A stretch of 64,000 bases of DNA from Lingula anatina (GCA_051362555.1 CM120645.1:9920001-9984000), one strand, 5' to 3'. Shown: positions 11,154 through 25,200, counted from the first letter of the stretch. A program made the numbers and translations. The notes: a model not told the origin generated them from the sequence alone.

Positions 11154-14100
11154 CTACCACATGAACCTCTGAACATCATTGGAGTTTGGCCAAGTAAATG
11201 GCCTGTTCAAGAAAAGATGGATTGTGACAGCATTCACAGCTATCGCAATCACCAACTCCATCATCAACTTGCTTAAGTTTGAGAGAGGGGAATGAAGCCT
11301 GAATAACAAATATGGGATAATGAAATATCTAAACTCCATCAGCTGCTGAGGAACGGTGGAGAGGAACAAAGCCACAGCGTAGGTTAATTTCCACCATACA
11401 TGTCTGTTTTGGAGATTTTCATGTATGGCCCAATAACAGTAAATATACGCAGGGATTAGGATGTACCTCATGTATGGATGAAGCAAATAAATCCTACGCC
11501 ATATGTAAAATGTATAATGACGATTGTCTGCCAGCAAATAGGGATGCTCGTATGTGAAGTACATGGCAAGTACACAGCTGATGAGATAACACATAAAAAA
11601 TAGCACTGGTCTTCTGAAAAGAAAATCCACAAAGTGAAAAGCCTTGAAAAGCGTTAGCATGTGTGGAAAGGCAAATATAAATGTCACGCATGAAAAATAG
11701 AACAACTGAGGAAAATTTAAAACTGCTACATGAGCCGAACGGTCACCAACTACAATTCCCCCATTGAACACTATAAAGGCAGCAAATCCAACAAAAAGCA
11801 GAATGTAGCTCCAGGTAGATGACAAGAAACTTGAAAGCAGCTGCTGAAATTCTTTAGTCCTGTCTTTCAATCCAACGAACAACAGGTACACTGAATAAAT
11901 GAGAAAATCCATGCTTCCTATGGCTTCTTTCGGTATATCCCTCTTCTCTGGGCCCACATATCGGACCACAAGGTCTCCAAATTTGACTCCAGCAACAAAA
12001 GCCACCCATATGACATTAGTCTGGCGAAACAAAATGGCAACCAAACCCATCATGGCCGCCACCTTATGGTTGTCATGGAGACTGAGCAGGTACATGAGTA
12101 ATGTGAAGAAGGTTGATCCTGGGTCTGTGTAGTAGAGGAAGGTGAAGAAATACATGACTGGAAACAGGCTCAGCACAACCGCTGTCACCACAGCAACCGT
12201 GTCTTGGTAATTCTGAAAGTATAAAAAGTCAGAAAAGGTAATAAATCAAACTGTCCGATTAAAAGATGTGCTGGTAACTTTGTCATATCTTAATGGTCAA
12301 GTAAAATTCATATATACTGTCCAGTGGTCTTGAAAAATTATAGTTATTGCTTCATCAAACATACATATTTGATGATCTCATTTCCATTTCCACAAATGTG
12401 GCTGAAATTTAGATTGTTACATAATATAGCCCAATAACTGAAGGAAAGAAAAACCAGACTAACATAAATTTCAGTGCAAAAAAAACACCTAGTGTGCACT
12501 TACCTTGTCTTTACCGTGTATTTTCCGTATGAGAGCGAGAAAGAGGTAGAAATTCCCAATGCTGAACATGATGTTGATGGCCCTGAGGTTGAGTACGCTG
12601 CACGTCGTGTCTTCATCCCATCCCATCAGCCATCCCACTGGCTTCAGCACACCCAGGCTGATCAGGTAGAGACCAGGGAAAGTGGTGATTTTGGGATCCC
12701 ACTGTAAAAGAAACAAACTGTCACTTACACCCCTTTTCCATAGATTTTTAGATCGATCTATCCCTGTGGGGAGTCTTACTAGATTACTGTCAGCTTGGCC
12801 AGCTTAAGCGTCTGTCCCGCCTACTAAAAGCTGTCAAGGGGTAATTAACTATGGTGCCCGCTCGGCTGACTGCAATTTAGCGTGAACCCCCAGGGAGTTA
12901 GGTCGATCTAAATCTTAATCTTTAGATCAATCTAAATCTCTGGGAAAGCACCCTTACACAGGACATCCGAGATAGCTTCCACTCAGAAAACACCACATGA
13001 AGGTGCCCAACAACTTTTTTTTATTCATTACCACACACGTGTACACAGGGGCGGATCCAGAGATATTTTCTGACAGCCTTCCAAATTATCTTTGCTGATC
13101 CATCCTATATTTTTTGACCGTCTTCCGACAGAAAAAAATAGATACCCGTCAATGTAAACTTGAAAATCTGACAGTCTTCTGGAAGACCCAGAAGACGGCC
13201 TAAATCCGCCCCTGTGTACATGCATCTCCACCACCAACATGAAGTCCTCACTATCTTTCCAAAAGCTCCCACCAGAAGGACGACACAATCCTGTGTCCCC
13301 TCCACCGCAATCAAGATAGCTCCAATTATAATACTTAACACAAACAATGCTTATGGCGAATGCTGAAAGTACAACATGTAATATTTGTATGCTTGTCTAC
13401 CAGTTGTAATATAGACCACCATGAAATGAAAACCAGTTGAATAAAAATTCTAAACGCACAAGGAAGGTCAAATACTGATGCAAAATTTCTTCCCACCAAG
13501 AAGCAACCTACTGTATAGAATCGTGTACAGTGGGAGTTGCACAGCGAAAGTGATTATTCCAAAAATTTGAGAGTTTGCTTCCAGGTGGGGAACAATCTCT
13601 AATGTACATCTCGCAATCAGAAGTCTGCTTCACGTAATATAGTAATATGAGTGATAAGTAATATGAGTGCTTCAAGCATTTCGGGAAATAAAAAATGGGT
13701 TTCTCAGTTAAGGATAATACCCAATGGGACCCTAAGTACAAAAGCCATTGCGTCTGTTTGTGGAATTACATGCTACACAGATAAGGCCTCATACTGACAT
13801 GTGTTCGAAACACGCCTCCCCATGTGTCGTCCCAATGGAGCTGAGATTTAATGACTGTACCCCCGCAGGGACGACGCGTGGAGGGGCGTGTGAGAGGCGG
13901 TGAGACTATTAAAAGATTAGACGGTTTTTCTTTCATGTACGTCCGCCATATTTTGTCCCAGGATTTGTAAAGCCTGGCTCAACTCGATGTGAATGCGGTC
14001 TTACACTAGTTACAGATATGCACATAATCACCTCATAAAAATTGCCTTCGCAATATTTGATGACCTGTCCAATGTGGAATTGTTCGTCCATGTACGGTAC

Positions 14101-14205
14101 CGGTTGTTTCTCGTCAAACTTGAACAGCAGAGTGGCAGCCAAGCAGAGTAAAACCCCGCACACTTCGAGGGCTGCCAACGTGTGCCTTCCACCGGGGGCT
14201 GCCAT
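11154..14205 (-). CDS. ALG10: Dol-P-Glc:Glc2Man9GlcNAc2-PP-Dol alpha-1,2-glucosyltransferase (exons 14205-14032, 12701-12504, 12212-11154)
   Basis: Motifs PYMDEQFH, WDPKITTFPGLY, LYYTDPGS, FRQTN, HPYLLADNRHYTFY, EFRYFIIP, C-terminal QRFMW; GT-AG introns in phase 0. Confidence 0.97.
12727..12953 (+). mobile_element. ~220-bp MITE-like repeat (second copy at 58428-58644)
   Basis: Shared core tagatcgatctatccc...ttagcgtgaacccccagggagttaggtcgatcta with imperfect TIRs. Confidence 0.7.
13046..13214 (+). mobile_element. MITE, CAGGGGCGGAT family, 6-bp TSD tgtaca
   Basis: caggggcggat...atccgcccctg flanked by tgtaca on both sides. Confidence 0.85.
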
Positions 14206-14434
14206 CTTGGTTATGCGTATAAAGACTTTAGTTTCGCAACTTTAAAATCACACGTTTTCACTCTTGCAAAGCGACTGCTTCATTAAAATGCAGTGGCACC
14301 GATAGAAAATAAATATGATTTAAGCTGTTCAGTAGCATATCCAAATACATTCATATATTTTTAATTGAAAAATAAATCGAGTGCTTCGAAACTTATTATA
14401 AGTACTGTATACCACTCAAGCTACTCAAGCTGTG
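14206..14434. promoter_or_regulatory. Bidirectional promoter ALG10/TPRKB
   Basis: Divergent start codons only 229 bp apart; YY1-like AAGATGGC over the ALG10 start. Confidence 0.75.
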
Positions 14435-16152
14435 ATGGGTTTGAAGAGTTATGAAAACTTTTTAGGCTCTAACTTAACGCTTTCGATAGTTCTCTTCAAA
14501 GACGTAAGAAACCTTTCAGAAGTGAGAAAACTGGTCATTGAAGGAAAGTTTGAGGCAGCGCTTATTAAACCCAGTGTTGTAAGTATTTGGGGAAATTAAT
14601 TGTTTCATAAATCGCCAGTCACGTTTCTTTTTCACGACCATTTGTCACCTTGAAACTTGAGGGTTGATTCAGTACAATTAAATGAATGGCAGAATTACAA
14701 ACGTTTCCTGTTATGCAAATTCGAAATAAATCAATTTTAGCATGTTACCAGTAAACATTATATTTAGCATGATAAATCTAAATATTTTGTTTTGTTTCTT
14801 TAGTAACTACTAGTACTCTCATCTACAAGACACACTGAGGATCACTCTTTTTGAAAATCACACTTTAATGTATGTCTTATATTGTGAATTTTCCCTTATT
14901 GCAATGAAATGTTCAAGAAAGAGAATGCAATACTCGTTTATTCTATTTAACATTATATATTACTGTATATATATATGATTGTATACTATGTTTTAGTATG
15001 TTATGCTTTATGGATACTTCACTACTATTTGTACGAATCAGGAATATTTTAAAAAATGGTAGTTATATTATTAAGATAACATTGAGAAGTCAATAGACTT
15101 ATTGTTAGAAATGGGTATTACTGATTTAAACAGAGCTTACATTTCCACATATCTTTACCTCAATTATTTCCACATTCCATTGCCTTATTTCCAAATTTCT
15201 TAACATTTTCACAGATTTTAACTTTTTTTCCACATTTCACTCCCTTTGCTTTTAGGTTGTGGACCCTTTTCAAGTGCTGGTAGCAGTCAACAAGGCAGTT
15301 CACCTTCACAGTAACAACAAGAAGTATACCAGAACTCTGCATTCAGAAATCTTGTACAGCTTGGCTCCCTCAAAGAATGTAAGTCTGATCAGTGTATATG
15401 ATGGTTAATACATCTAATGATATAATTCAGGTCAAGAGCTATGAGATATTGTATGGTATAAGCTCCAATTAGTTAGTTCTGCAGCTGAACGTGGACGATA
15501 CTGAGTACCAAGAAAGTGAAAAAAAATTGTCAAGATTATATGCTTTAAATTAAAAAAATTGCTGCGCTTATCTTTCACAGATCTCGGACTCCTACAAGAA
15601 GTTTGGTGTCACAGATCAGGAGACTTCAGTGCTTATTGTCTCACTGGCTGAAGAGAGCACCAAGCTTCAAGACTTCCTTAGTGTGATTCAAGGACAACAG
15701 GTGGCGTTGGAGTCCTTACCAGAGTTCACAGATCTGGAGACTGTTAAAAAGGTCAGTAGCATGCTATTTCCAATGAGTGCAGGGTTGCCCGTAATGAAGT
15801 AATAGGGGAAACCAATTCAGAAAGTCCTTAATGATGTAGATGAAAGTTTCAGTTTTAGGGAATGTTTACTTATTTGACAAACAGATTACTTATGCTTATT
15901 TCTTATTACCTTCATGTGTCTGTATATAAATAGCGCTAGATAGCCTCTAGGTGGATTTAAAATAATCTTGTAGAGTGGTCTGTCTAAGAGAGAGACCTTG
16001 ATTGAATTACAGATCTGTGTGATTTTATAGGAATTCATTTTATTCAACCTTTTTTCCAGGTATACAAAATACCAGATATTGAACTCAGTATTGGAACGGC
16101 ATTGGAGGCAGTGGTTAATAGGATTGCCAGCAAGGACATAGTGTCTCTGTAG
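14435..16152 (+). CDS. TPRKB: EKC/KEOPS complex subunit TPRKB/CGI-121, 176 aa (exons 14435-14578, 15256-15378, 15581-15751, 16060-16152); missed by the ORF track
   Basis: Spliced translation [23 protein letters not shown]|[33 protein letters not shown]|[13 protein letters not shown]|[14 protein letters not shown]; all introns GT-AG, phase 0. Confidence 0.93.
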
Positions 16153-16484
16153 CGGAAGGAAAGAAGGAAGGAGAAATACACATAAAGCAGTGACAGACTT
16201 TTTCATTTTGTGTCATATTTACGGCCATAAAAACTGCAGGGTAGACACTGAATTATTATAACTGTCGGCAAGGTTTTGTTTCGTTAGTGAGAGGGACATT
16301 GTAGCAACAAAGGCACCAGTGAAGACACTCCCGTATGAACGAAGCTGTTAATAATAGAGGCATTTGTTAAAAAGACATAAAATTTTCCTTTTTGTTAAGA
16401 TAAACCACATTGTTATTTATTACAGGGATTTTTTTACACTCACTAAGGACAAACACTTGTTAAACGACGCGGACAGTAACAGAC

Positions 16485-16739
16485 ATGGCCTTAAGTCGCA
16501 ATCCGCTCATTGATCGAACACCTCCCATGAAAGGAAGTTTTCCTTTGGATCACGAAGGTGAATGTAAAAAGAAAATGAAGGAATATTTGCGCTGCCTAAA
16601 GAACAATAAGCAGGATAATTCTGCATGCAGGGACGTAGCCAAAGATTATCTGCAGTGTCGCATGGACAAAGATTTAATGGCAAAAGAGGATTGGAAGTCC
16701 TTGGGGTATGGAGACAAGGATGGTGGGAAGGGAGACTAG
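16485..16739 (+). CDS. COX19: Cytochrome c oxidase assembly protein COX19 (twin CX9C), intronless
   Basis: PPMKGSFPLDHEGEC-X9-C...C-X9-CRMDKDLM; AATAAA at ~16989. Confidence 0.95.
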   Translation: MALSRNPLIDRTPPMKGSFPLDHEGECKKKMKEYLRCLKNNKQDNSACRDVAKDYLQCRMDKDLMAKEDWKSLGYGDKDGGKGD

Positions 16740-18466
16740 TTCAAAGTTTGAATATTGGATTTATTGAGTGCATTGTGAAGGAAAAAATTCCAAGTGTTCC
16801 TAGTCGGGAAATTTGGTACATTTGATTTGATTACATAAATTTATTTCCCATTGTATATCTTTTTTAACATTTCAAGAATTAATCAATTTTGCAGAAGGAA
16901 GTTAGTGGTCTTACACCTTGCATATGCTTTCAGGAATTTTTGTCAAAGTTCTGTGATCACCTTTTGCAGATGTAAGGTTATGTACTCTAATAAATAAATT
17001 TCAAAAATATACTCTCAAGGCACTTTTCTGCCAGCTCGGAAACATTTTTTAATTGTTGAGAAGATGTTGACTGGGTTAATTGATAGACTTACATGGTCAA
17101 TGTTATTCATTTCATTTAAAACTGGGGAAAAATTTTGGAATCTTGAAAGAGAAAAGGGAAGACCCAAGATGAGGCTATATTATCTGTTTTTCACTTTATA
17201 GTCTACAATGAAAGAAAAGAATCCAGAGGAACTTAATATTTTACCATCCAAAAAGATCCATTCAGGAAAAGTGGAATGATAACAAGGAGTCCCAAGTTGA
17301 GTGAACCTGAGGAATTTGGGAATGAAATCTGGGCAACGTTCAGGACAAGAAACGTTCAGTAAATAAAATGTGAAGGCCCATTATACAAAAAAAGTTTATT
17401 GTTCAACACAAACAAGTGCCAACTCTTACTCATCATTTCTCTTTAGCAATATTCCCTCGCATGCACTGACGGATGTGTTTTAAACTGTGTACGTATATCA
17501 AATGAAGCTCACCTTAGTTTTAGGATAACAAGCAACACCAATAAGAAATACAAATTTGATTTATAGGTTTGTGTAAACATGCACGTAGACATTATAAATA
17601 TGAAATTGTCTGACATTAACAAATGAACTAATTCCATTGTTTAAGGTTGTCAGCTATATCGACTTCAAATTTGACCAAGAGAACCAAAATAATTCTGGTC
17701 AGTAACAAGAGTTTAATGCTACTATGTAATAAAACATATTAAGCTTCTACACAAAGTCATGAAGAGTACAAACATCAACTTTAACACTGAAAATTACATC
17801 ATCATATATTAAAAAAATAATAAAGTAGCAAAAATTATGAAATAACTAGGTAATTTCCACCCAACTTTCTGGGGCAACCATATCCAGACTTACTAAACAG
17901 ATTTTGATCAAGTCGGTTTTAATGCAAGCTACTGTTTTTTTTCCCCTTTACACTGGTCGTGAAATTATTCGAAGGACACATGAATTTCAGTCCATTACTC
18001 CATTCATATTGTCAAGTCTGATGCTTTTTCCAACTTGAAAAAGTTAATTTTCATTCTTGCCAAATAATTGCAATTCAAAACTTAAAATTCAGTGTGAATA
18101 TGTTGATTAATTCTCAAGCAATATTGAATTCAGTCAATGACTGATAGAAAAAAGTGTAAACATTCTTTAACTGCCCTTCAGTTTGAGAAAAAAGAAAGTC
18201 GCATCCCCTTCATCATATCCAACAAACAATTTGTGTCGCATCAGATCAACTTCCCACATTTAATTTCAAAATCCAACCTGGATGTTTTGCTTGGTGGGGG
18301 AAACTCACTACCGCCAGTATCTACAAGTACCTTCAGATGGCCTACATATAAATTTTCAAATGCTGCAGGTGGCATTCATGTAAAATTGCAAAATTGTCCT
18401 CAAGATGGCGTTAATGTCACATATCGAACTCCCCATCCCAATGTGGCATTACTGAAAATACTACCA

Positions 18467-19202
18467 CTAGAGGGCACCGAGATCAGTCTGAAGGTCACTG
18501 GACTCCTGTATCCCACTGTCTGGACTCAACATGCCCTGACCTTTGACCTGTATTGCACTGTCCTCGTCCTGTTCTATGCTGTCGTCTGCTGCATTTTGGA
18601 ACTGTCCCTCGACAATGCCCTCTTCAGCATCTGCTGCAGCAACTTTTTCTACGTCTGCCTCATTTTGTGCTGCCTCCTTGTGGAAATCCACCTTCATGAA
18701 TTCACTGACAGGCATGGCACCAAGCGAGCTGAATGATAGAAATTCAAAACTTGTAGTTCCCTGATGTTTTGAATAATTATATGTCTCTTTATTATCAATC
18801 CTTACTGCTAAAATACAGAAAGTTAATTCCAGAATTTTCTAACGCTATGAGCACATTTTCTCACTGAGCTGTCTATGTATTATCCAACTCTTCCTGGGTT
18901 GCCAGATTATTTATTTATAATAACAACAGCTACTGTTAAATTTACAGTAATGCGCAGACATTCTGTAAATTGGAAAAAAGAAAACCCTGCTTACTCCGAT
19001 GGCACCTCCACCGTGCAACCTCTGCCTCGCCCACCTCCCTCCATCTTTGTCTGCTGCGACAATGGAACGGCCATGCCTGAGCGCCCTCTTTTGGGCTTTG
19101 CTGTACTGACACCTCTTCCATGCTGCAAGAATGGGAAAAGTTATCATCCTCTGCTATTTGATGTAATTGTTGCAGTATATAACAAAAAAAAAAAAAAAAT
19201 AA

Positions 19203-19241
<39 letters not shown>

Positions 19242-22200
19242 GGAGAAAACACCGACAGCAACTGTGAACTGCTTGTTTCACATGTTTAAAGAATTGTTTT
19301 AAACAAAAATTGATAAAATCTGTCCACTACTGCTTCTATGTAGTTACATTACATTACATGGTTAAAGAAAAATGGATCAGATTCTCTTAATATTTGTTAT
19401 TAGATCAACACATTAATCTATACAATCAACTAAGGCAAGAAAAAAGGTGATTAACTCTATCAGGCATTTGTTTGAGAAAAACCCTGCTGTCCCACCTGCA
19501 TTCTCCCTGGCCCTTGCGCAAAGTGCGTGCCTCGCCCACGCATTCCGCTGTGCATGCCTGGCATCCCACCGCCGGGTCCATACCTGTTTTGAAGAGAGAA
19601 AGACAAATTTTGACTTTGGAATTTGAAGAGGCGTTTACTGTATCCTCCCCAGGAGTAATCACTGTTGACACATATAACAGTTCAACAAAAACATTTTTTA
19701 AAAATTCACAAACACTATATTTAAGTTGGATAGTGCTGAACCCTTGTGGGGGAGCCAACTAGTAAAACCAGATAACTCATTTAAAATGACTTTTTCCATT
19801 CTTTATTGCCTGTCAGTTGTTTTGCCTGAAAGCTCTTCAAGGATGCACAAGTTTTATAATTATGAGTATTATTATTATTATTATTATAATATCAACCATC
19901 AATCTTTTACAAACTGTACCATGTAGATACCTCATTACTTGATCCCCTTACCTTCTGGGAGGCACTGGTCCCAGTTGGTTGATATGTGTGCCCCTCCCCC
20001 GGGGCTGTGGCCCCCACTGCCCAACCACCACCCCCGCTATAGACAGCTGGCCACCCCTGGGGTCTATAGGACTGGGGCCTGGAGGGGTTAGAAGATAAAG
20101 ATAGAACACACATAAATGAAGTACTTTTCATTTACTGATGCAAAAAATTTAAAAATAAAATACTAGTAAATAAATCATTTCAATTTTGAAAAATAGATCT
20201 GCAGTATACCAAGAAAACATGAAATATTTTAAATTTGGAGTCTTAATTTCCAATGGTATCAAAAGTTCCAAGACTCTCTCAAAGAAATTTTCAATCAAGT
20301 TGTGAATATATACTATACTAACATTTTCTTAAAACATTTTATTGTCAAAATTAACCAAATTTTAGCCAATGACGAAAAAAAATGGCAGAATGATGTATGC
20401 CAAACGGTCCCAGCATGCATCACTCACCCAGCAGGCCCCTCCCACGTCCGTCAGGCGTAGGGTGCATTCCCATCATACCTTGGTGCGGTGGAGTCGGCTG
20501 TGGTCGCATGTTGTGCCCCATGGGAGGAGGTACGGGCATCCCCGCGGGACGATATGGTAAATATGACGGCTCCAGAGAGACTGGGGGCAGAGGTAGAGCT
20601 GGCTTGGCAAAGTCCACTGTTAACCCATGGAGGATTGCCTGTCGCATCCTTTCCACCCTCATCACCTGTTCCACCTGGGAAAAATAAGAATGACATGAAA
20701 TTGTCTAAAACCAAACTACTTCATGAACCATACTTATGTTTTTAAGTTGTTATTTCTAGAACTTTATTCTGGTCTCGTGAGTCAGTTATCTATGAGAATA
20801 TAAATATGAACAGTAAAATTTCATGTGGATTTGTTCCACCTTGGGAGATAAAAAATGCTGTGTTTAATAAATGATAATAAAACATTTTAACAAATATTAA
20901 AAATTTTCAGTAAAGTATGAGCAACTTGATTAAATGAGGGCAACCACGTCCAGGTAATAACATTCAGTACATAAACTGGATCAAAACAATGATGTACTAC
21001 TGATACGACAGCCTCCATACTCACAGAGCCATCACAAATATCAACGAGTGGAGTGTTATTGTTGGCCTTGAGCAGCTTATAGTGGAACAGTTTGCCATCG
21101 AAGTACAGCCAGGGGCAGGTCATGGTCCAGGGTACGGGGGCACCGCAGGCGTCGTTGGCAAAAATGGCACATTCTACACCCCTCATGAAAAGAGCACCTA
21201 GTTGTACGCCTCGCGTGGTTAACATTGGAAGCTGAAGAAAAGATTGGAATAAATGTGTTTTAATTAGTAGACCTGTATGAGGGTTCCTTACATAATAGCA
21301 TTGTTTTATACCTTAATGTGTAATGTTTTAGTAGTGTTTATAATCCAATGATTTACCTTTTAATTATAAAACTTCACCCACAGGTTTGCAGCTGTATACT
21401 GTATTTTTTTTTCAATATTTGAAAATTAAATCATTTGAACATCACTTTTATAATTATCATATCAAACCTGATAGTACAAAAACTATAATGATGAAGCAAA
21501 ATGATGAAAAATTTCAGCTTTTAGTGACAATTTACAAGTCTTAGAATAAACATTACTACCAGTAATATTTATTAGGCATTAATACCAGTTCAGCAACAAT
21601 ACTGGAACTTACATTAGGTCAGTAGCTAAGTTCCAGTATATATATAGTTCTCAATACCTTGTTCAGAGTTCTAATACCCACCTTCATGTCTTGCATTGTT
21701 TGGATGTCTTGCAGTAAAGGAGAGACGGCCTGGGCCAAGAACGCATCAAGCTCTTGTCTGCGTAGGACTCGATGTTTCTCCTGTGACATCAGGTATCTAG
21801 GAGGAATTAACAGGATAATCAGGTCTCAGTGAAATCCATCCAGAAAAAAAATTTTTTTACAGATTATTTCGATGCATTTCATTGAACATGCTGCCTTCTT
21901 AATGGAAATCATAAAGATGGATGTCAATAAACAATATTAAAGGCTCTGATGTGCATGTGTGTATGCTTGTGCATGAAAAAGTGTCAACCTTCTGAAGGCT
22001 TCTCTTTCCCAAAATAAGAGTACAGCACCCAAGAATCACCCCCCAGCCTCATTTGGCACTTCTCAACCACTGCCCAAAAACTAAATGATGTTACTTTATA
22101 CTGACAGGAAATCTGGTAGTTAGAAATTATTATCATGAGAATGACAGGCTTTCACATTACAAACCTGAGTATGCAGCACATAATCAACAAGTGCTGAGGA

Positions 22201-25200
22201 ACGTAGGAAGTATTGAGCATCACCGGGGAGTCACTGCGCATGCACGTGAGAAAAGCACGGAGTCGACGATTTTTATCCTCTATCTGCTGCCCTAGCCACA
22301 GACGATGGATGGTCGGCACCATCCAATCCATGGTGATGGCCTGTACGTCTTCGCACTGGGGCCCCTCCTTGGTATAACTCCTCTCTTTGATCACTGCTTC
22401 TGGTACAGGAGAACCTGGGGGGTGAGACAGAAACAAACAGTCACGGTGGTCATACTTGAAATCAAGAACATTAAACACATTAAATATACATATTACAGCA
22501 CTTCACTGAATGCAACATACAGTGTAATTTCATAGAGGCGAAGCTGAAACATACAAGTGGCAGAACTACATATATATCTGTAGAATTGTGACACAAAGCT
22601 GGACCATGTCTACATGCTAACATCATTCATCCCACAACCAGCAATCCAAACAATATGATAATTACACTTGTATTTCACTTACTCTCACGCCTGTATTTTT
22701 ATATGCTTAGGCCACACTTTTTTATTTTTATGGATGACATCCTCTGGGTACCCCAAAATCGGTGCGAGAGGGCGAAAAAAAAAAAAACAGTCCAAAAAAA
22801 AAAAACTGCTTAAGTAAAGGAATGCTGTCAGTACACAGCTGGAAACACGTATCAAACTAACAATATGTCTTTATCCATGCTCTCAAAATATTAAAGCATT
22901 GTGAATACTTCGTAGAAATGTAAAAAAAGTCATGAATTGATATACTTCATATTACCAAATCTATTTAAGGTTATTTCATGCATTCATTTGGTATAGCAAT
23001 CAATAAAACAAATATCAATCAAACAGTGCGTCTTTATTATTGTATTCTCAGAATATTAAAACATTTTGAACACTTCACAGAAATGTTTAAAAAATGATGC
23101 AAAGATATGCTTAATACTACCAAATCTATTAAGGTCATTTCAGACGATGCCATTTTGTCAACTTCAACTCACACGAAGCAGCTAAACTGTCAGGTGGCCT
23201 GTCCGACCTTCAGCCCACCAAATACCTCGACGCCCTTGTCGACCCTTTTTTCGCTACAGAAAACCTGGTATTAATGTGCTGCTTTATACAGAATGTCACA
23301 GAAATGTTTCGGCCGCCGCCAGCCTTTCGCACAATTGTAAAAAGGTGATATCTCCATGCCCAATATCAATGGCATACCAATCCAAAACGATGGCGCCCGT
23401 TCTCTTGATGACTTTTATTGTTGTGTAATTTGAAAGTAAACCTAGAGATGAATTTGACAGCAAAGTGGCCGCATTTCCACGTGGCGAAAATACGCATGCG
23501 CAGAAAGCTCATTTCCTTGCAAATTCAATAACAACGTTTGCGACAACCGACTTCGTTGGGGGCTGGGGGGGGGCTTTTTTTTTTTTTTTGAGAACGGGCG
23601 AAAATCCGTGCGCGCGCAGGATGTCATCCATAAAATTAAAAAAGTGTGGCCTTATGCACATTCATCCTATTGTTTGAAGCTCCAGACGTGAGACAAGTCA
23701 GTTACAACTACTGTTCTTTCAATGTATGTCACATACAGGAGCAAGTTATATCTGCGCCCCGATGTAATTACACTCATGTATGTCGCATTCAAGGGGCGAC
23801 TAGTGTAACAGTTGTAACTATTTCTTAGTTATAATAAGCATTTGGTTTGGTCCACAATACTTATAACATAACACTCTCATTCCTTAAAAACTTTGGAAGC
23901 TTTTAATATCTACCTGATTGTGATTTTTTATCCCTTCGGAGTTTACTCAAGTTAAACAAGATGGCGTACACATATTGCCTGATTGGACGATAGAGTTGGA
24001 CCACAGGCAGGAACTCGCGCCCGTTTTCATCCTCCAGTGACACAGAAATTTTGATTTCACCCTGGAGCAAAGAAAAATGGGAAAGATGATTCACTTAACT
24101 TGAAAGGCTAAATATTATACCTGGCATCTCTGATCACACGAAGAATATGTTACTCTACAGTACACAACAGTCCACGTAACATGACCATCTGAAGGTAATG
24201 ACTTATGCTTAAAATCTTATTATTCCCAGGGAGCAAAACCCTACTGATCATCATTTCACATTTGCCTAAGACGTTCAAATCCATACTGCCATTATGATCA
24301 ACACTTTACAGCATGATTATCCAAAGACTTATTTTATGGCTTATCCAGTATAATAATAACCATTAAAGGTGGAATTAAGTCTCACCTGGGCCAGGCACTG
24401 GTATATCCATGGCATCATCAGGCCCTTCTGGTGACGCTCACTGACGACGCGCATGATCTCTGGGGAGACGGGAGGAAGATGGTCGCAACCTTGGCGTCGC
24501 ATGCCACTTCTCATCGCAGGAGGTTTTACAGGGATCTGGATCAATTTTTTAATGGCACTCAATTCAGATTTCTTTTAAGAGTCTAAGAAATTAATCGATA
24601 GATTATTCAAGAAAGCCTGCACTCACAGTAACATGTTTCAGATTGGTGCTTTTGTTTTTAAAATGATTCAACTATGCCACATTTTCATTAAAGCATGGGC
24701 AACAAATGATACTGATATACAGTATTCTTATATCAGATGAAATATATAATATTCTTTCAATGAGCTAATTTTTATTTACAAAAACAACCAGATGACAAAA
24801 CAGGAAAATAGCTCAGAAAATAACTGAAATTATTTCAAACAAGAAAAATAACAATCAAAGAAAGGTTAATGAAAACTTGAGTGCAGTTAGAAACAACAAA
24901 TCTCTCCCATTGGTAAAAAAAACCCTGAACTCCATTTAAAATGTGAAAATTTGAAGGGCGAGAACATATTGGCAAAAGGGCACGTAGTAATCCAAAAACA
25001 TTTCAGCACTTCTTTTGCCAATTTCAATCAATCTCTCAGTCAAGAATACCTCAACAAAATACATGATGGAGGGATCTCCCAGAATGAAAAGTCAACAGAA
25101 TAACTAGTGTTAGTAAACAAGTGCTTACAGCGGCATTAGCGGAGGCGGCCAGGTTGGCACCCCATGTTACCTCAGCACTGAAGTGGTGTGGACTGCTGCC

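Noticed and set aside
18137-18736. 199-aa plus-strand ORF
   Set aside because: Antisense to the FAM120A last exon/3' UTR; no recognisable motifs
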